Source: a virus
IMG/VR virus record: IMGVR_UViG_3300045988_147821
Span: 49,352 to 113,351 of that record
DNA length: 64,000 nt
Reading direction: 5' to 3' (one strand)
Below, one piece after another: positions 25,300-35,800 of the stretch. The position numbers and the translations under genes were made by a program. Under the pieces are notes generated by a model. The model was not told the DNA's origin. It was given only the letters and a program-made list of their open reading frames with translations, and did not search any database. Every line of letters begins with the position of its first letter. The first letter of the stretch is position 1.

Positions 25300-25836
25300 T
25301 TATCCTATCTTACGCTTGGCGTACAGGGCCATACACAATGAATCAGCCTTGTTATCATCATCATTCTTACATTTTCCCGTGCGTCTTAGGTCAATTCCGG
25401 GAAACACACGTTTGCACGCCATGATAGAGCATCTTTTGGTGTCAAGGAGTTTTGTTTTTCCTGTACTGGAGGTTTTATAGACGTGTATTCCTTGGAATAT
25501 GTCTTTCTGCCATTTCTTGGCCTGTACCTTTGTATAGGGTAGTCCAAGAGCGGCAACAACGGCTTCCGTAGCCATTGCAAGTCCTCCCAATTTGAATGTA
25601 GAAGATGCGGACGCTCCAAAGAGTGCATGCAAATCCTCCATTACCACATGACAATTCCCTTCATATTTGGCAAGACGCATAAGTTTGTTTACCAATTCGG
25701 TACATTCGCAATTACTCGGATTGTCGAACAACCAAAATTGTTCAAGTATATCCTCATCCTCATCTATTACCGACACAAACCCTTTTGAACCGATGTCTAT
25801 GCCTATGAATTTCTTTACTTCCTTTGCCATTATCAT
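25300..25836 (-). CDS. ruvC: RuvC-like Holliday junction resolvase
   Basis: FIGIDIGSKG, VMEDLH and DDNKADSLCMALYA match the RuvC-fold acidic motifs. Confidence 0.65.
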   Translation of the reverse strand: MIMAKEVKKFIGIDIGSKGFVSVIDEDEDILEQFWLFDNPSNCECTELVNKLMRLAKYEGNCHVVMEDLHALFGASASSTFKLGGLAMATEAVVAALGLPYTKVQAKKWQKDIFQGIHVYKTSSTGKTKLLDTKRCSIMACKRVFPGIDLRRTGKCKNDDDNKADSLCMALYAKRKIG

Positions 25837-27875
25837 TCAAATTTTACATTAGCAATTCCATTATCCTTCGTAACCACGATACTCCGTATATTGTCACGAA
25901 CACGACTTATCTGTGTGGTAATCAGACAGGGCTGTTTCAGGAACTCCAACGAACGGATAATATTCTCTATTCCCATCGGATCGGAAGCATCCAGCACTTC
26001 ATCCACATATAGAAAGTGAAGTCCTCCCCACGGATTGGTAGTATTAATCATGGATTGTACCGCAAGAATCATGGCTATTTCCGCTCTTGCACGCTCTCCA
26101 CCCGAATAATACCAATATGTTTCCATCTCATCACGGAAAATATAGGGTGTCAGTTCCTCTTTCATCTTCCCTTTGGAATCAAGTTTGAACGCTTCTATTA
26201 TGATTCTCAAATCAGAATCCATGGCATCCAATGTATCGTTCGCTTCCGCCTGAATATTCTTTATCTGCTCCACAGCAAGATACATCTTGAACTCCTTGAA
26301 ACGCGCATACCATCTTTCGGTATTTTCACGTTCAACATTCAATGCAAATATATCATTTTTAATTTTTTCAATCAGTCTTTCCTCTTGGTTTATATTCTCA
26401 ATTATGGGTTTTTGAAGGTCAGCCAGATTATCAAGCGGCTTCTCTCTCAAATCATCCAATTCCTGTACGTGACGTTTGATTGAATCATTGTACACATCAA
26501 TATCCTTGTTGTGGTTTTCAATCTGCATGATCATTCTTTCTATCACACTGTCGGCTGAATCATGTTCACGTTTCCAATAGGAAAGATTCTGTTCTTTCTG
26601 TGAGATTTTATCCTCTATTGTCTTGAATCTTGTCTTTGCATTGTTCAAATCAGTTCTTATCTCTGAAATTGCAGTAGAATATTCGGAAAGAATGGAATCG
26701 TATTCGGAAATTGACGAAATGATCTTGTCCATCTTTTCCGAATATTCGTTTATGGATTTCAATACCTCTTTCTTTCTCTTTTCCGTTTCCTTCAATGTGG
26801 TTCCTTCTTCCAATAGGAACCTATGGCCGCATTCAGGACAGATTATTGCACCTTCAAGAGTTGTATTAAGACGTGTAAGCATTGACTTGTATTTGGCAAT
26901 TTGGGATTCTATCTTGTACTTATCATCAGTCTTTCCCGACTTCTCCGATTTAACTCCGTCAACTTCCTTTTGAATCTCATCGGCTATCTCCTTCTGTGTT
27001 TCAACAAATGCGGACGCTTCTTCAAGTTTATTTCTTTCATTAATAAGTTCTGATTCAGCGTTTTTTATGTTTTCGTTTAAGGATAGCTTCAACGTTTTCT
27101 TATCTTCTATCGCCTGCTTTAGTTCCTCTATTTTTATTTGGGATAATTCTATCTTCTTTTTATCCGACAGAATCCTGTTTTCTATTAGGAATAATTCCTG
27201 TTCACGCTGTTCTTTTAGATGATCTACGGACATATTGTCAAGTTGTTCGCTGTAAACTTCCATCTTACTTTCGGATGCAACAATCTTGTTTTCGAGAGAA
27301 CGGATTTCCATTTCCAATTTCCTTACCTTGCCGTCAATAATCTCTTTTGTCTTGTCTATGTCATTGAAATTGATAAAACGGCTTATCAACGCCAATTTAT
27401 CCGTATTGGATGAAGTAAAGAATGACTTATAATTTTCCTTGGATATGATGTAATAGGTCTTTGCATCTTCGGCCGTTATACCCAACCATGCGGATATTAT
27501 CTTGTTCCCCTCATTGATTGTACCATAAGGTTTCTCCACTCCATTGAATGTAATGGATAGAGTTGCCGAACCCTTGATAGGAATGGTTCTTCTTACAATC
27601 ATTTCCACATTTCTTGCAGGACATACTATTGACACCTCAACTTCCGCCTTGTCCGTTCCACGTCTTACCAGCTTCCTGTCCAGATTCTTTCTTAGGTTGT
27701 CACCGTAAATCGCATAGAACAGGGCATGAAGTATGGCTGATTTTCCGGCACCATTGGATTGCTGCCCTTCATCCGTATTGTTTATCCCTATGATTGCCAT
27801 AGGGATATTTTTAAAGTCAATGGTAGCTTCTTCTATTGAACAGAAGTTCTTTATATACAAACTAGTTATTCTCAT
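25833..27875 (-). CDS. sbcC: SbcC/Rad50-like ATPase (T4 gp46-like)
   Basis: Walker A NGAGKSAIL, long coiled coil with the zinc hook CPECG, signature YSGGERARAE, Walker B LYVDEVLD. Confidence 0.85.
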   Translation of the reverse strand: MRITSLYIKNFCSIEEATIDFKNIPMAIIGINNTDEGQQSNGAGKSAILHALFYAIYGDNLRKNLDRKLVRRGTDKAEVEVSIVCPARNVEMIVRRTIPIKGSATLSITFNGVEKPYGTINEGNKIISAWLGITAEDAKTYYIISKENYKSFFTSSNTDKLALISRFINFNDIDKTKEIIDGKVRKLEMEIRSLENKIVASESKMEVYSEQLDNMSVDHLKEQREQELFLIENRILSDKKKIELSQIKIEELKQAIEDKKTLKLSLNENIKNAESELINERNKLEEASAFVETQKEIADEIQKEVDGVKSEKSGKTDDKYKIESQIAKYKSMLTRLNTTLEGAIICPECGHRFLLEEGTTLKETEKRKKEVLKSINEYSEKMDKIISSISEYDSILSEYSTAISEIRTDLNNAKTRFKTIEDKISQKEQNLSYWKREHDSADSVIERMIMQIENHNKDIDVYNDSIKRHVQELDDLREKPLDNLADLQKPIIENINQEERLIEKIKNDIFALNVERENTERWYARFKEFKMYLAVEQIKNIQAEANDTLDAMDSDLRIIIEAFKLDSKGKMKEELTPYIFRDEMETYWYYSGGERARAEIAMILAVQSMINTTNPWGGLHFLYVDEVLDASDPMGIENIIRSLEFLKQPCLITTQISRVRDNIRSIVVTKDNGIANVKFE

Positions 27876-29358
27876 TTTCTTCGGTATTTTTATCGGGTTC
27901 CTTATTCAGTTCTTCTTTCGCTTTTTTGATTACTGCTTCCCCTATTTCGATTCTCAATGATTCATCTTCCTCCAGGAATTTACGGGTATTCTTCTCTCCC
28001 TGTCCTATACGCTGATCACCGTAATAGAAGAAAGCACCTTTCTTTTTCAGAATGCCATAATCAAGACCCAGGTCTATTATCTCCTGCACCTTGTCAATGC
28101 CTTTTCCGAATCGGATAACAAACTCACATTTCTTGAACGGTGGTGCAATCTTGTTTTTCTTCACCTTTACCCTTGTAAGGTTTCCCGTTATCTCATCTCC
28201 ATCCTTTTCCGAACCGATACGACTGAACTCCAACCGTTGTGACGCATAGAATTTCAATGCCTGTCCTCCGGGTGTCTTGGTGGAGTTTCCTCCGAATCCG
28301 AATCCTCCTATGGTGTCACGTGTCTGATTGATACACAATAGGATGTTGTTGTTACGCTTGATTATGTTTTTCAGAATATTCAACTGTGAGGACATAAGCC
28401 TTGCGACAAGGGCCACTTTCTGATCTCCCGCTTCACCCTGTGCCTGTGCAGTAGGTGTAAGTCCTGCAACCGAATCAAGAACGACAAGACCTATTTCCTG
28501 TTCCTCACACATGGTACGGATGATTTCAAGTGCTTCTTCCGCACTGTCAGGCTGTGACAGGATGAATTTTTCGGCAGACATATCCACACCCAATTTCTCT
28601 GCATAGAACGGGTCAAGTGCCTGTTCCACATCCACATATCCCACTGCCTTTCCTGTTTTCTGAACTTCTGCAACCAAATGAAGTGCAGCCGTTGTTTTTC
28701 CACAATTGTGTACGACAAAATCATCAGCTATGAAATTATGCCATTTCCCACCGCATTTCACGTCATACACTTTCCCATCTCCTACGGGTTCTATGGATTC
28801 AACACGGTCTACCTCTATATATTTCAGACGAAGTTTTGTGTCATGCTTGTAAACGAATAGAGGGTTTCCCTTGGTAAATTCCTTCAATTCCTTATACTGT
28901 CCGTCACCCACATAGAATTTATGATCATCCGTGGCCGTTATCACATGGCCTTTCTTTGTCACAAGTTCATAGACAGGGCGTTTACCCACATATATCACAT
29001 CTTCCACAGGGTGCCACTTTATTTCACCGAAAACTTCCTCTATCCCCATGATGTAAATGTCAAAATTACGTCTTTGGTCACAGAAGCATCCGTGGAGCAC
29101 CTTCAATGACTTGTTATAATATCCCATTACAGCATTGTCACCATGATGCACGTATTTCACTTTTACACGTGTACGGCCGTCAAGACATGATTCCCCACCG
29201 AACACCTCCACGATTCTTCCTTTGGGATAACCGCCACCAAGAACTGCATCAAGGGAATATGAACCACTGTGTATGCAATCTACCGCTACATGGTTGCCGG
29301 AAATAGCTTCCTTTCCAAATCTCTTTTCTATTGTTGCAATCAAATCCTTTATAGCCAT
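27862..29358 (-). CDS. recA: RecA recombinase interrupted by a mini-intein in the P-loop
   Basis: Start at ATG 29358 (MAIKDLIATIEKRFGKEAI). VFGGES|intein|CGKTTAAL restores the Walker A motif. Downstream RecA core: LVVLDSVAGL, CINQTR. Confidence 0.85.
   Translation of the reverse strand: MAIKDLIATIEKRFGKEAISGNHVAVDCIHSGSYSLDAVLGGGYPKGRIVEVFGGESCLDGRTRVKVKYVHHGDNAVMGYYNKSLKVLHGCFCDQRRNFDIYIMGIEEVFGEIKWHPVEDVIYVGKRPVYELVTKKGHVITATDDHKFYVGDGQYKELKEFTKGNPLFVYKHDTKLRLKYIEVDRVESIEPVGDGKVYDVKCGGKWHNFIADDFVVHNCGKTTAALHLVAEVQKTGKAVGYVDVEQALDPFYAEKLGVDMSAEKFILSQPDSAEEALEIIRTMCEEQEIGLVVLDSVAGLTPTAQAQGEAGDQKVALVARLMSSQLNILKNIIKRNNNILLCINQTRDTIGGFGFGGNSTKTPGGQALKFYASQRLEFSRIGSEKDGDEITGNLTRVKVKKNKIAPPFKKCEFVIRFGKGIDKVQEIIDLGLDYGILKKKGAFFYYGDQRIGQGEKNTRKFLEEDESLRIEIGEAVIKKAKEELNKEPDKNTEENENN
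28705..29187 (-). mobile_element. mini-intein (161 aa) in the RecA Walker A loop
   Basis: Begins CLDGRTRV (Cys codon 29185-29187). Block B TATDDH. Ends FVVHN (Asn codon 28705-28707) with +1 Cys. No endonuclease domain. Confidence 0.8.
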
Positions 29359-29362
29359 AATA

Positions 29363-30406
29363 TCAATCTCCCAATGCTTTTTGTAATATATCACTTGCTT
29401 CGTCTGCATTATATTTCTTTTCCTTGCAGAATGAAGCAAATCTGTCCATAATATCCGTTTTTGTCAAAACCTTTATTTCGTTAACCTTATCTTCCGCATC
29501 TATAACTTCCTCAACTTCCTTTATCTTGGGCTTTACATCAATCCCCATTGCGGAATACTTTGTCCTATCAAATGCGGAAACTTTGTCCTGTGTTCCTGTG
29601 ACCTCTATTCTGATACGATCATTGTCGTTTCTTTTGGAAGCATGAAATAGGGTTATCTGTTCCTCCACTTCATCTGGTGACATGGTATCCAAGTCCACGG
29701 TTATTTTCTTGAATGATGAACGCTCGGATTTTATAAGTTCTGTTGTACCATCACTATACAGGATATAAAACCCTTTTTTATCATCTTCACCAAAGTTGTT
29801 CTGACACAATGATCCAAGATGGATTATTGATTGTGTGACATATTGCATATTGTGATAGTGGCCACTTAGGACAAATTTATACTTTTTCAATACAGTAGGG
29901 GTCAACTTGCTGTCCACCTTGCTTCCATCATTGTTGCAGCTTCCGTCAAAAGCCATGTGGGTAAACAAGATATCAGCTTTCTTATCCTTTATATTCTCAA
30001 ATTCATCCAGCCATTCCTTATCAGAAAGAAACGGCATGAAAGCCATTTTCAGTCCTCCTATTTCCTTGATTACCCCATCACGTAACAGAACAAATGACGG
30101 ATGGTATTTGTACGGGTCAAGAAACGAATTTTTTGACGTGTAATCGGTTTTATCATGGTTTCCAGGAATGACAAACATCTTCTGCTTGTTGTTATGATAG
30201 GAATCGAGTATGTTTCCAAACGTATTCAACACACATTCCTTTTGACTTATACGGGAATCAAATATATCCCCCAACCATATATGCGTATCTACTTCCATAT
30301 CCTTTGCAAGTTCAAGTTCGTCTTGCAGAAGGTTGTTTATAAGTTCACAGTTATCTGGCTTCAAGTGCCAATCGGTACTTATGATTGCTATCGGTTTTAC
30401 TTCCAT
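29363..30406 (-). CDS. sbcD: SbcD/Mre11-like nuclease (T4 gp47-like)
   Basis: Calcineurin-like phosphoesterase motifs: STDWH, LGDIFD, PGNHD, SGHYH. Confidence 0.8.
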   Translation of the reverse strand: MEVKPIAIISTDWHLKPDNCELINNLLQDELELAKDMEVDTHIWLGDIFDSRISQKECVLNTFGNILDSYHNNKQKMFVIPGNHDKTDYTSKNSFLDPYKYHPSFVLLRDGVIKEIGGLKMAFMPFLSDKEWLDEFENIKDKKADILFTHMAFDGSCNNDGSKVDSKLTPTVLKKYKFVLSGHYHNMQYVTQSIIHLGSLCQNNFGEDDKKGFYILYSDGTTELIKSERSSFKKITVDLDTMSPDEVEEQITLFHASKRNDNDRIRIEVTGTQDKVSAFDRTKYSAMGIDVKPKIKEVEEVIDAEDKVNEIKVLTKTDIMDRFASFCKEKKYNADEASDILQKALGD

Positions 30407-31020
30407 ATCTTATAGGTTATTGTTGCTCCGACAAAAATATCGGGTTTGTTGTTTATTAATCCATATCCTGCTCCCACACCTATTCCGAATGAGATGGGTA
30501 ACTCCTTTTTCCTTTTGCTCCATGCAGTAACATCCGTAATGTTTCCGTTCATGCCGGAAGTGATGTCAAGTTGATTGTTTCCCTTTCCATCTTCTCTTTT
30601 TACAATGGTAAACTGATTGTTCAGTTTAAAATCCAGATTGTAATTCGCCACAGAAGGAGCGGTTATATCAAGTTTATAGGATATTGTATCGGATTCTTTC
30701 TTGAAGCGAAATAAGGAATCATCCGGCATTATCTCTCTTACCTTTCCCGAATCCACATACTGAATCCGTGTTTTCCATCGTACCACTTCCGTAATATTGC
30801 CCTTGGCGTCTTTTAATTCGTCATAGAGTAGCTTATTCTCCCTTTTAAGCAATTCAAAATCGGAAGATGGGTAATTAATCCGATAAGTATTCAAAGAATC
30901 AATATAAAGGCTTAAATGCTCTGAATAATTCGCTTCCCTTTCTCTCAAATGCTTTACTTCCCACACTGAAAGAAATAGGAGCACACAAAGTGCTCCTATT
31001 ATCATTGTTGTTGTTTTCAT
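30397..31020 (-). CDS. membrane-anchored protein with Gly/aromatic C-terminal tail
   Basis: Start re-set to ATG 31020 (MKTTTMIIGALCVLLFLSVW, signal or anchor). The C-terminus is ISFGIGVGAGYGL...FVGATITYKIWK. Confidence 0.5.
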   Translation of the reverse strand: MKTTTMIIGALCVLLFLSVWEVKHLREREANYSEHLSLYIDSLNTYRINYPSSDFELLKRENKLLYDELKDAKGNITEVVRWKTRIQYVDSGKVREIMPDDSLFRFKKESDTISYKLDITAPSVANYNLDFKLNNQFTIVKREDGKGNNQLDITSGMNGNITDVTAWSKRKKELPISFGIGVGAGYGLINNKPDIFVGATITYKIWK

Positions 31021-31039
31021 AAAATAAAAGAGCGGTTTA

Positions 31040-32218
31040 TTATTCGTCAAACGGAAGCATTTCTTCTGCCTTGGCAAGATCGTACCAATGTTTCAGTTCA
31101 TCCAACTTCAAATTGTCAGGCAATTCATAACCATCTCCGTATTCATTTTCGATATATTCATTCAGGAACTTGCGCATCTTCATGGGAGTAGGATATGAGC
31201 TTCCTGCATCAGAAGCATCCTTATCTCTTCCTGCACTGCGTGACGGTACTTTCTCTTCCTTTTCTTCATCATCAGAACTTTCCTGCTTTCCCTTGTATTC
31301 CGGGCATATTGCTTCCAGTTCCTCCACTTCTGCCAAGAAATCGTCATTCTCAAAGATATTGTATTCGTTCTGACGGTCAAACTCTTTCAGTGCATCGAGC
31401 GTCCAATCAAATTCACGTTTGGTATATACGTTTTCATACAAATCTTCAAGAGTAGGAAGTTTCAACAGTTTTTCAAGAACAGTGTCAGGAACACGATTCT
31501 TTTCAAAAAAATCTTCAAGGCTCTTGTCCTGTCGTGTCATTTGCTGTGCGCTGACCTTCATGACAGTCTTGTTGTTCTCGTCTTTCTGTTTGTTGATACA
31601 CAACGGATAACCTTCTTCTGGATCAGAGAATACATCGGTTGACAATCCGTCACCTTCCGTAAGGTCAATGGAAATATCGGTCATTTCCTTAATCTGTTTG
31701 GATGTAAGCTGCAATTTGTAGATGTCGCTACCTTGCAATACATAACAGATATAGTTCAAGACAGGTTTGATACCCCATACCCACGGGCCACCTTTTCCTT
31801 TTCTATATCCCGTAATAGGATTGAGGAAACGTGATTTCTCATCCTTATCCTCTATTTCATTGGCAAGTTCATACACATAATTTATGTAAGTGGACAAAAG
31901 GTCCTTGTCACCAAATGCCGCATTTCCATGAATGTCGGACGTGAAAACATTCTTGTCCTTCCATTCATATTTACCTGTTCCCGCTCCGTCCTTACCTTTG
32001 ATTTCCTGATATACTTTCAGTTTGGTAGTCTTACAGGGTATGTATGCACGGCCTGTCTTGGACGGAAGCACACGGAACACGTTCTTTCCATCTTCCACTT
32101 TAGCAAAATTCACATACTCATTGTCGCTGTTACGATACATTGTCTTTTCCGCTTTGCGCGCTTCATCTTTCACTTTTGAAACTTCTGTTCTCTTAAACTG
32201 ATTTCTGTTAATTGCCAT
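31040..32218 (-). CDS. putative ssDNA-binding protein
   Basis: 392 aa. Sits between the recombination and polymerase genes. Acidic Ser/Asp/Glu-rich linker and an acidic-hydrophobic C-terminal tip (...AEEMLPFDE). Confidence 0.35.
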   Translation of the reverse strand: MAINRNQFKRTEVSKVKDEARKAEKTMYRNSDNEYVNFAKVEDGKNVFRVLPSKTGRAYIPCKTTKLKVYQEIKGKDGAGTGKYEWKDKNVFTSDIHGNAAFGDKDLLSTYINYVYELANEIEDKDEKSRFLNPITGYRKGKGGPWVWGIKPVLNYICYVLQGSDIYKLQLTSKQIKEMTDISIDLTEGDGLSTDVFSDPEEGYPLCINKQKDENNKTVMKVSAQQMTRQDKSLEDFFEKNRVPDTVLEKLLKLPTLEDLYENVYTKREFDWTLDALKEFDRQNEYNIFENDDFLAEVEELEAICPEYKGKQESSDDEEKEEKVPSRSAGRDKDASDAGSSYPTPMKMRKFLNEYIENEYGDGYELPDNLKLDELKHWYDLAKAEEMLPFDE

Positions 32219-32263
32219 AATACTAAAATTTTAAACATTAAAAACTAAATTAAAACTTCAAAT

Positions 32264-32797
32264 CTACTTATCTAATCTTTTGATTTCAAATGTATTAATC
32301 TTTCCTTCTATGATTTCATCCAGGAACTCCTTGGGAGTAACCTTGCTTAAAAAGTTACTTAATTTCTTATCCTTAGACTGAATAGAGAAATAGAGGGAGT
32401 TGAGATATTCAAACTCCTTTTTTGCCTGTATGTATTCCTTTAGGAAGAACTGTGTATCGGATGATAAGGTAAGAATGTCCTCCAACCCCTTTTCAGTCAG
32501 CTTTATTTTCTCACCGTCAATCAATACGAATCCCTTTCCCTTGGAAGCCATCTTACGGTATCTGCGTCTTTCCTCTGCCATCACTATATCGTATTTCATT
32601 TTCATAGTGGACGCATTGGCTTCCGCATCAGCACGCAATTGCCCTATCTTGTTAAGCAATGCAGAGCATGTTACTGCATCTCCAAACAGATTCTGATAAT
32701 TGATAGTTGTCAGATCATCCATGTCCAACCATTCCTCAAAATCGCTGGACTGCAATACCAAAACACTATCATCATCTAGGTGTATAACTTTCTTCAT
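32264..32797 (-). CDS. hypothetical protein; possible recombination mediator (UvsY-like) by position only
   Basis: 177 aa, helical. Located between the putative SSB and polymerase genes. Confidence 0.25.
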   Translation of the reverse strand: MKKVIHLDDDSVLVLQSSDFEEWLDMDDLTTINYQNLFGDAVTCSALLNKIGQLRADAEANASTMKMKYDIVMAEERRRYRKMASKGKGFVLIDGEKIKLTEKGLEDILTLSSDTQFFLKEYIQAKKEFEYLNSLYFSIQSKDKKLSNFLSKVTPKEFLDEIIEGKINTFEIKRLDK

Positions 32798-32801
32798 ATC
32801 T

Positions 32802-35800
32802 CTAATCCAATTTTAATCGAACAAACTGGGAACGTCTTGTTATCTGAATAATGTTACAATCATCAAATTTACTGTAAGTAGGATACCCTGTTAAATACAA
32901 CAGGCAATCTTTAGAATTTTTGAAGTATTCAGACATTTCCTCATACAACTCACATCCTACCACTACATGGACAAAATCATAATTGCAATCAAGTTTGATA
33001 AAACCCATAAAACCGTTCTTGGTTTTCTTTTCCTCTACCTCCATCACATAGCCGCCTACTTTTACATCACTATATCCGTAGCCGTTATATTCCTGCAATT
33101 TTGAAGGTGAGAAATAGGGTGTACATTTATCAAGGTGCAATGAAAGCGTTTCATGATCAAACTCTCCGAATCCACAAAGATTGCGTTGCATGAGCATCCA
33201 CCACCAATCTTCTTCATGTTTCCCCTTATCGTATCCCAAAGATAGTTTATCCTTGCTCTTGTCAACCTTTACCTTACATTTGGTACGGTATATGTCAAGT
33301 AGGAAGTATCTTTCACTAGGATGCTCAACGTGTTCAAGTTCATCAAATGCACCACAATAGATGAGGTTCTCTATGGCTGACTTGGTAACTTTGCTGTTCT
33401 TGAAATTATGACGGTCAAGAAATTCCTCCAGAGAAAAATATTCCCCGTTCTTATCCCTTTCCTCATTCAACTGATTCAATGCCTGTTCTCCTATCTGTTT
33501 AACAGAATTGAGTGACCAGTACATTGAATTTGTTTCCTTGTCGGATACGATATGACTTCTTGAATGATTGATATTTACCGTCTTGATACCGATATTACCC
33601 GTCTTTTCAATCTCATTGATATATAAAGGGTATTCGTCCATCTTGGCCCATGTAAAGGTTACTGACCAAAATTCCATAGGATAATGAACTTTCAGCCATT
33701 GGCAAATGTAAGAAATTATTGAATAGGAAACTGCGTGGGCTTTATTAAACGAATACTTTGCAAACTCTTCCATCATAGAAAAATAGTCCTCTGCATATTC
33801 TTTTGTTACACCCCATTTGCTTATATACCCATCAACAAATTTTGCCTTCAATTCTGCCATTACATCTGCCTTCTTCTTACCCATAGCTTTACGAAGATCA
33901 TCCGCTTCCATAGATGTAAATCCTGCAAGTGTTATAGATGCTTGCATCACGTTTTCCTGATACAGCAACAGTCCGTAGGTGTCTTTCAGGAAGGATTCGG
34001 TTCCCGTAAGGTATTCCACTTCTTCATTACCGTTTTTACGTTTTACATAGGAATAATGAATACCGTTTTCAAGCGGTCCAGGGCGATACAGTGCCGTACA
34101 TGCAGATAATTCCTCTACTGAATTGGGCTTCATTATCTGTGCATAACCGTTCATTCCTTTGGCTGTGAATTGGAATACATCACCATTCCATCCGTTTCCA
34201 AAGTATTTCATCACTTCTGGCTCATTCAATGGAATATCCTTGTACGGGTCAATAGCTGTTCCTGTGTTCTGTTTGATAAGTTCAAGAATATCATGTATCT
34301 TGTCCAACTGATTAAGACCAAGAATATCCTCTTTCAGGAATCCTGCATGATCAAGTTCTCCGCCTTCCCATTCACATACCATTTGATTTGTGTCCGATTC
34401 AAGTCGTAATGGGGACCATTCAAACATTGTTCTGTCTTGTGGGAATATCATTTCCGCACAGGCATGAATAGAGCGTGCCTTTGGTGCTCCAAGTATTACA
34501 AACAGGTCATTGAACATTTCCGTATTCTTTCGCATGAAAGCACGGAACTCGGCTTTTTTCAATGCTGTTCTGAACAAGTCCTCTACGGTCTTTTCCTTTT
34601 CCTCTCCCAACATCTTGGAAATACGTTTTCTTTCAGGAATAGCGACACCGTATTTATCTCCCATATCATTTATTGCAGCTTTCAACTGCAATGTTGTATA
34701 TGTTCCTACGGCACATACCTGTTTTGTTCCAAAACGTTCTTCCATATACCGTTTAACTTCCTGCCGTCTGTTAGTAGGAAAGTCGGTATCAATATCAGGT
34801 AAGGATTTCTGAATACGTCCTTTGTTTAGGAAACGTGAAAAGAACAATTCGTATTTCAATGGATTTACCTTTGTCAATCCAAGTAGGTACACCACAGCAC
34901 TTCCTGCACACGAACCACGACCTGGCCCTACAAGAATGTTTTGTGACCGTGCCCAATTCACAATGTCACGAAGTATAAGGAAGTAATCCACTACACCACC
35001 GAAACGGATAACATCTATTTCTTCATCTATACGTGCAAAAACAGCTTCCTCTCCGTATTCCTCTATCAGTTCGGGATGATTCTCCAATCCCTCATAGATA
35101 AGGTCTACAAACATCTCGTCATTGGTCCTCCACCGTTTCTTTTCTTCTTCGGTCATTATATACCATGGAAGATGCCTTGATTTTGAATCAATGACAAAGT
35201 TACAGTTCTCTGATACATAGCGAAGATTTCCTATCGCATCATCCCATAAATCAAACATAGAATCATCGTTCCCAAACAATGCCTGCATTTCAAGGAAATA
35301 TTCCTGGAAGTTCTTGAAATATTGATTGGATGATTTATAGTTCGTTATTTTGAGAATTGAATTTATCTTTTCACGTATATAGGCATATTCGGGTTCAAGA
35401 TAATAGGCGTCACAAATGGCTATAAACCTGCATTTCTTGGAATAGAACATTTTCAGATTTTCAAGATACCATTTATCCCTATCATCCTGTTCATATTCCA
35501 CTGTATCAAACTGAACGTACATTTCATCTTTGCCCAATACATAATCCAACAGATATTGACATTCAACAGTTTTAGGATCTGCCACTGTAAATGTATGCTC
35601 CTTATAGGATTCAGATTTCGCCAATGAAACAAACTCATTCAATGTACAATATTCCTTATGGATTACATTACATAAGCGATTCAGTTCAAGGAGCATTCTC
35701 CATCCATCTTCATCCCTTGCATATACCTTGATTGTAAAGCGAATATCTCTTTCTTCATCGAGAACAGGAACTTCCATTCCGAATACAGGCTTTATTCCAT

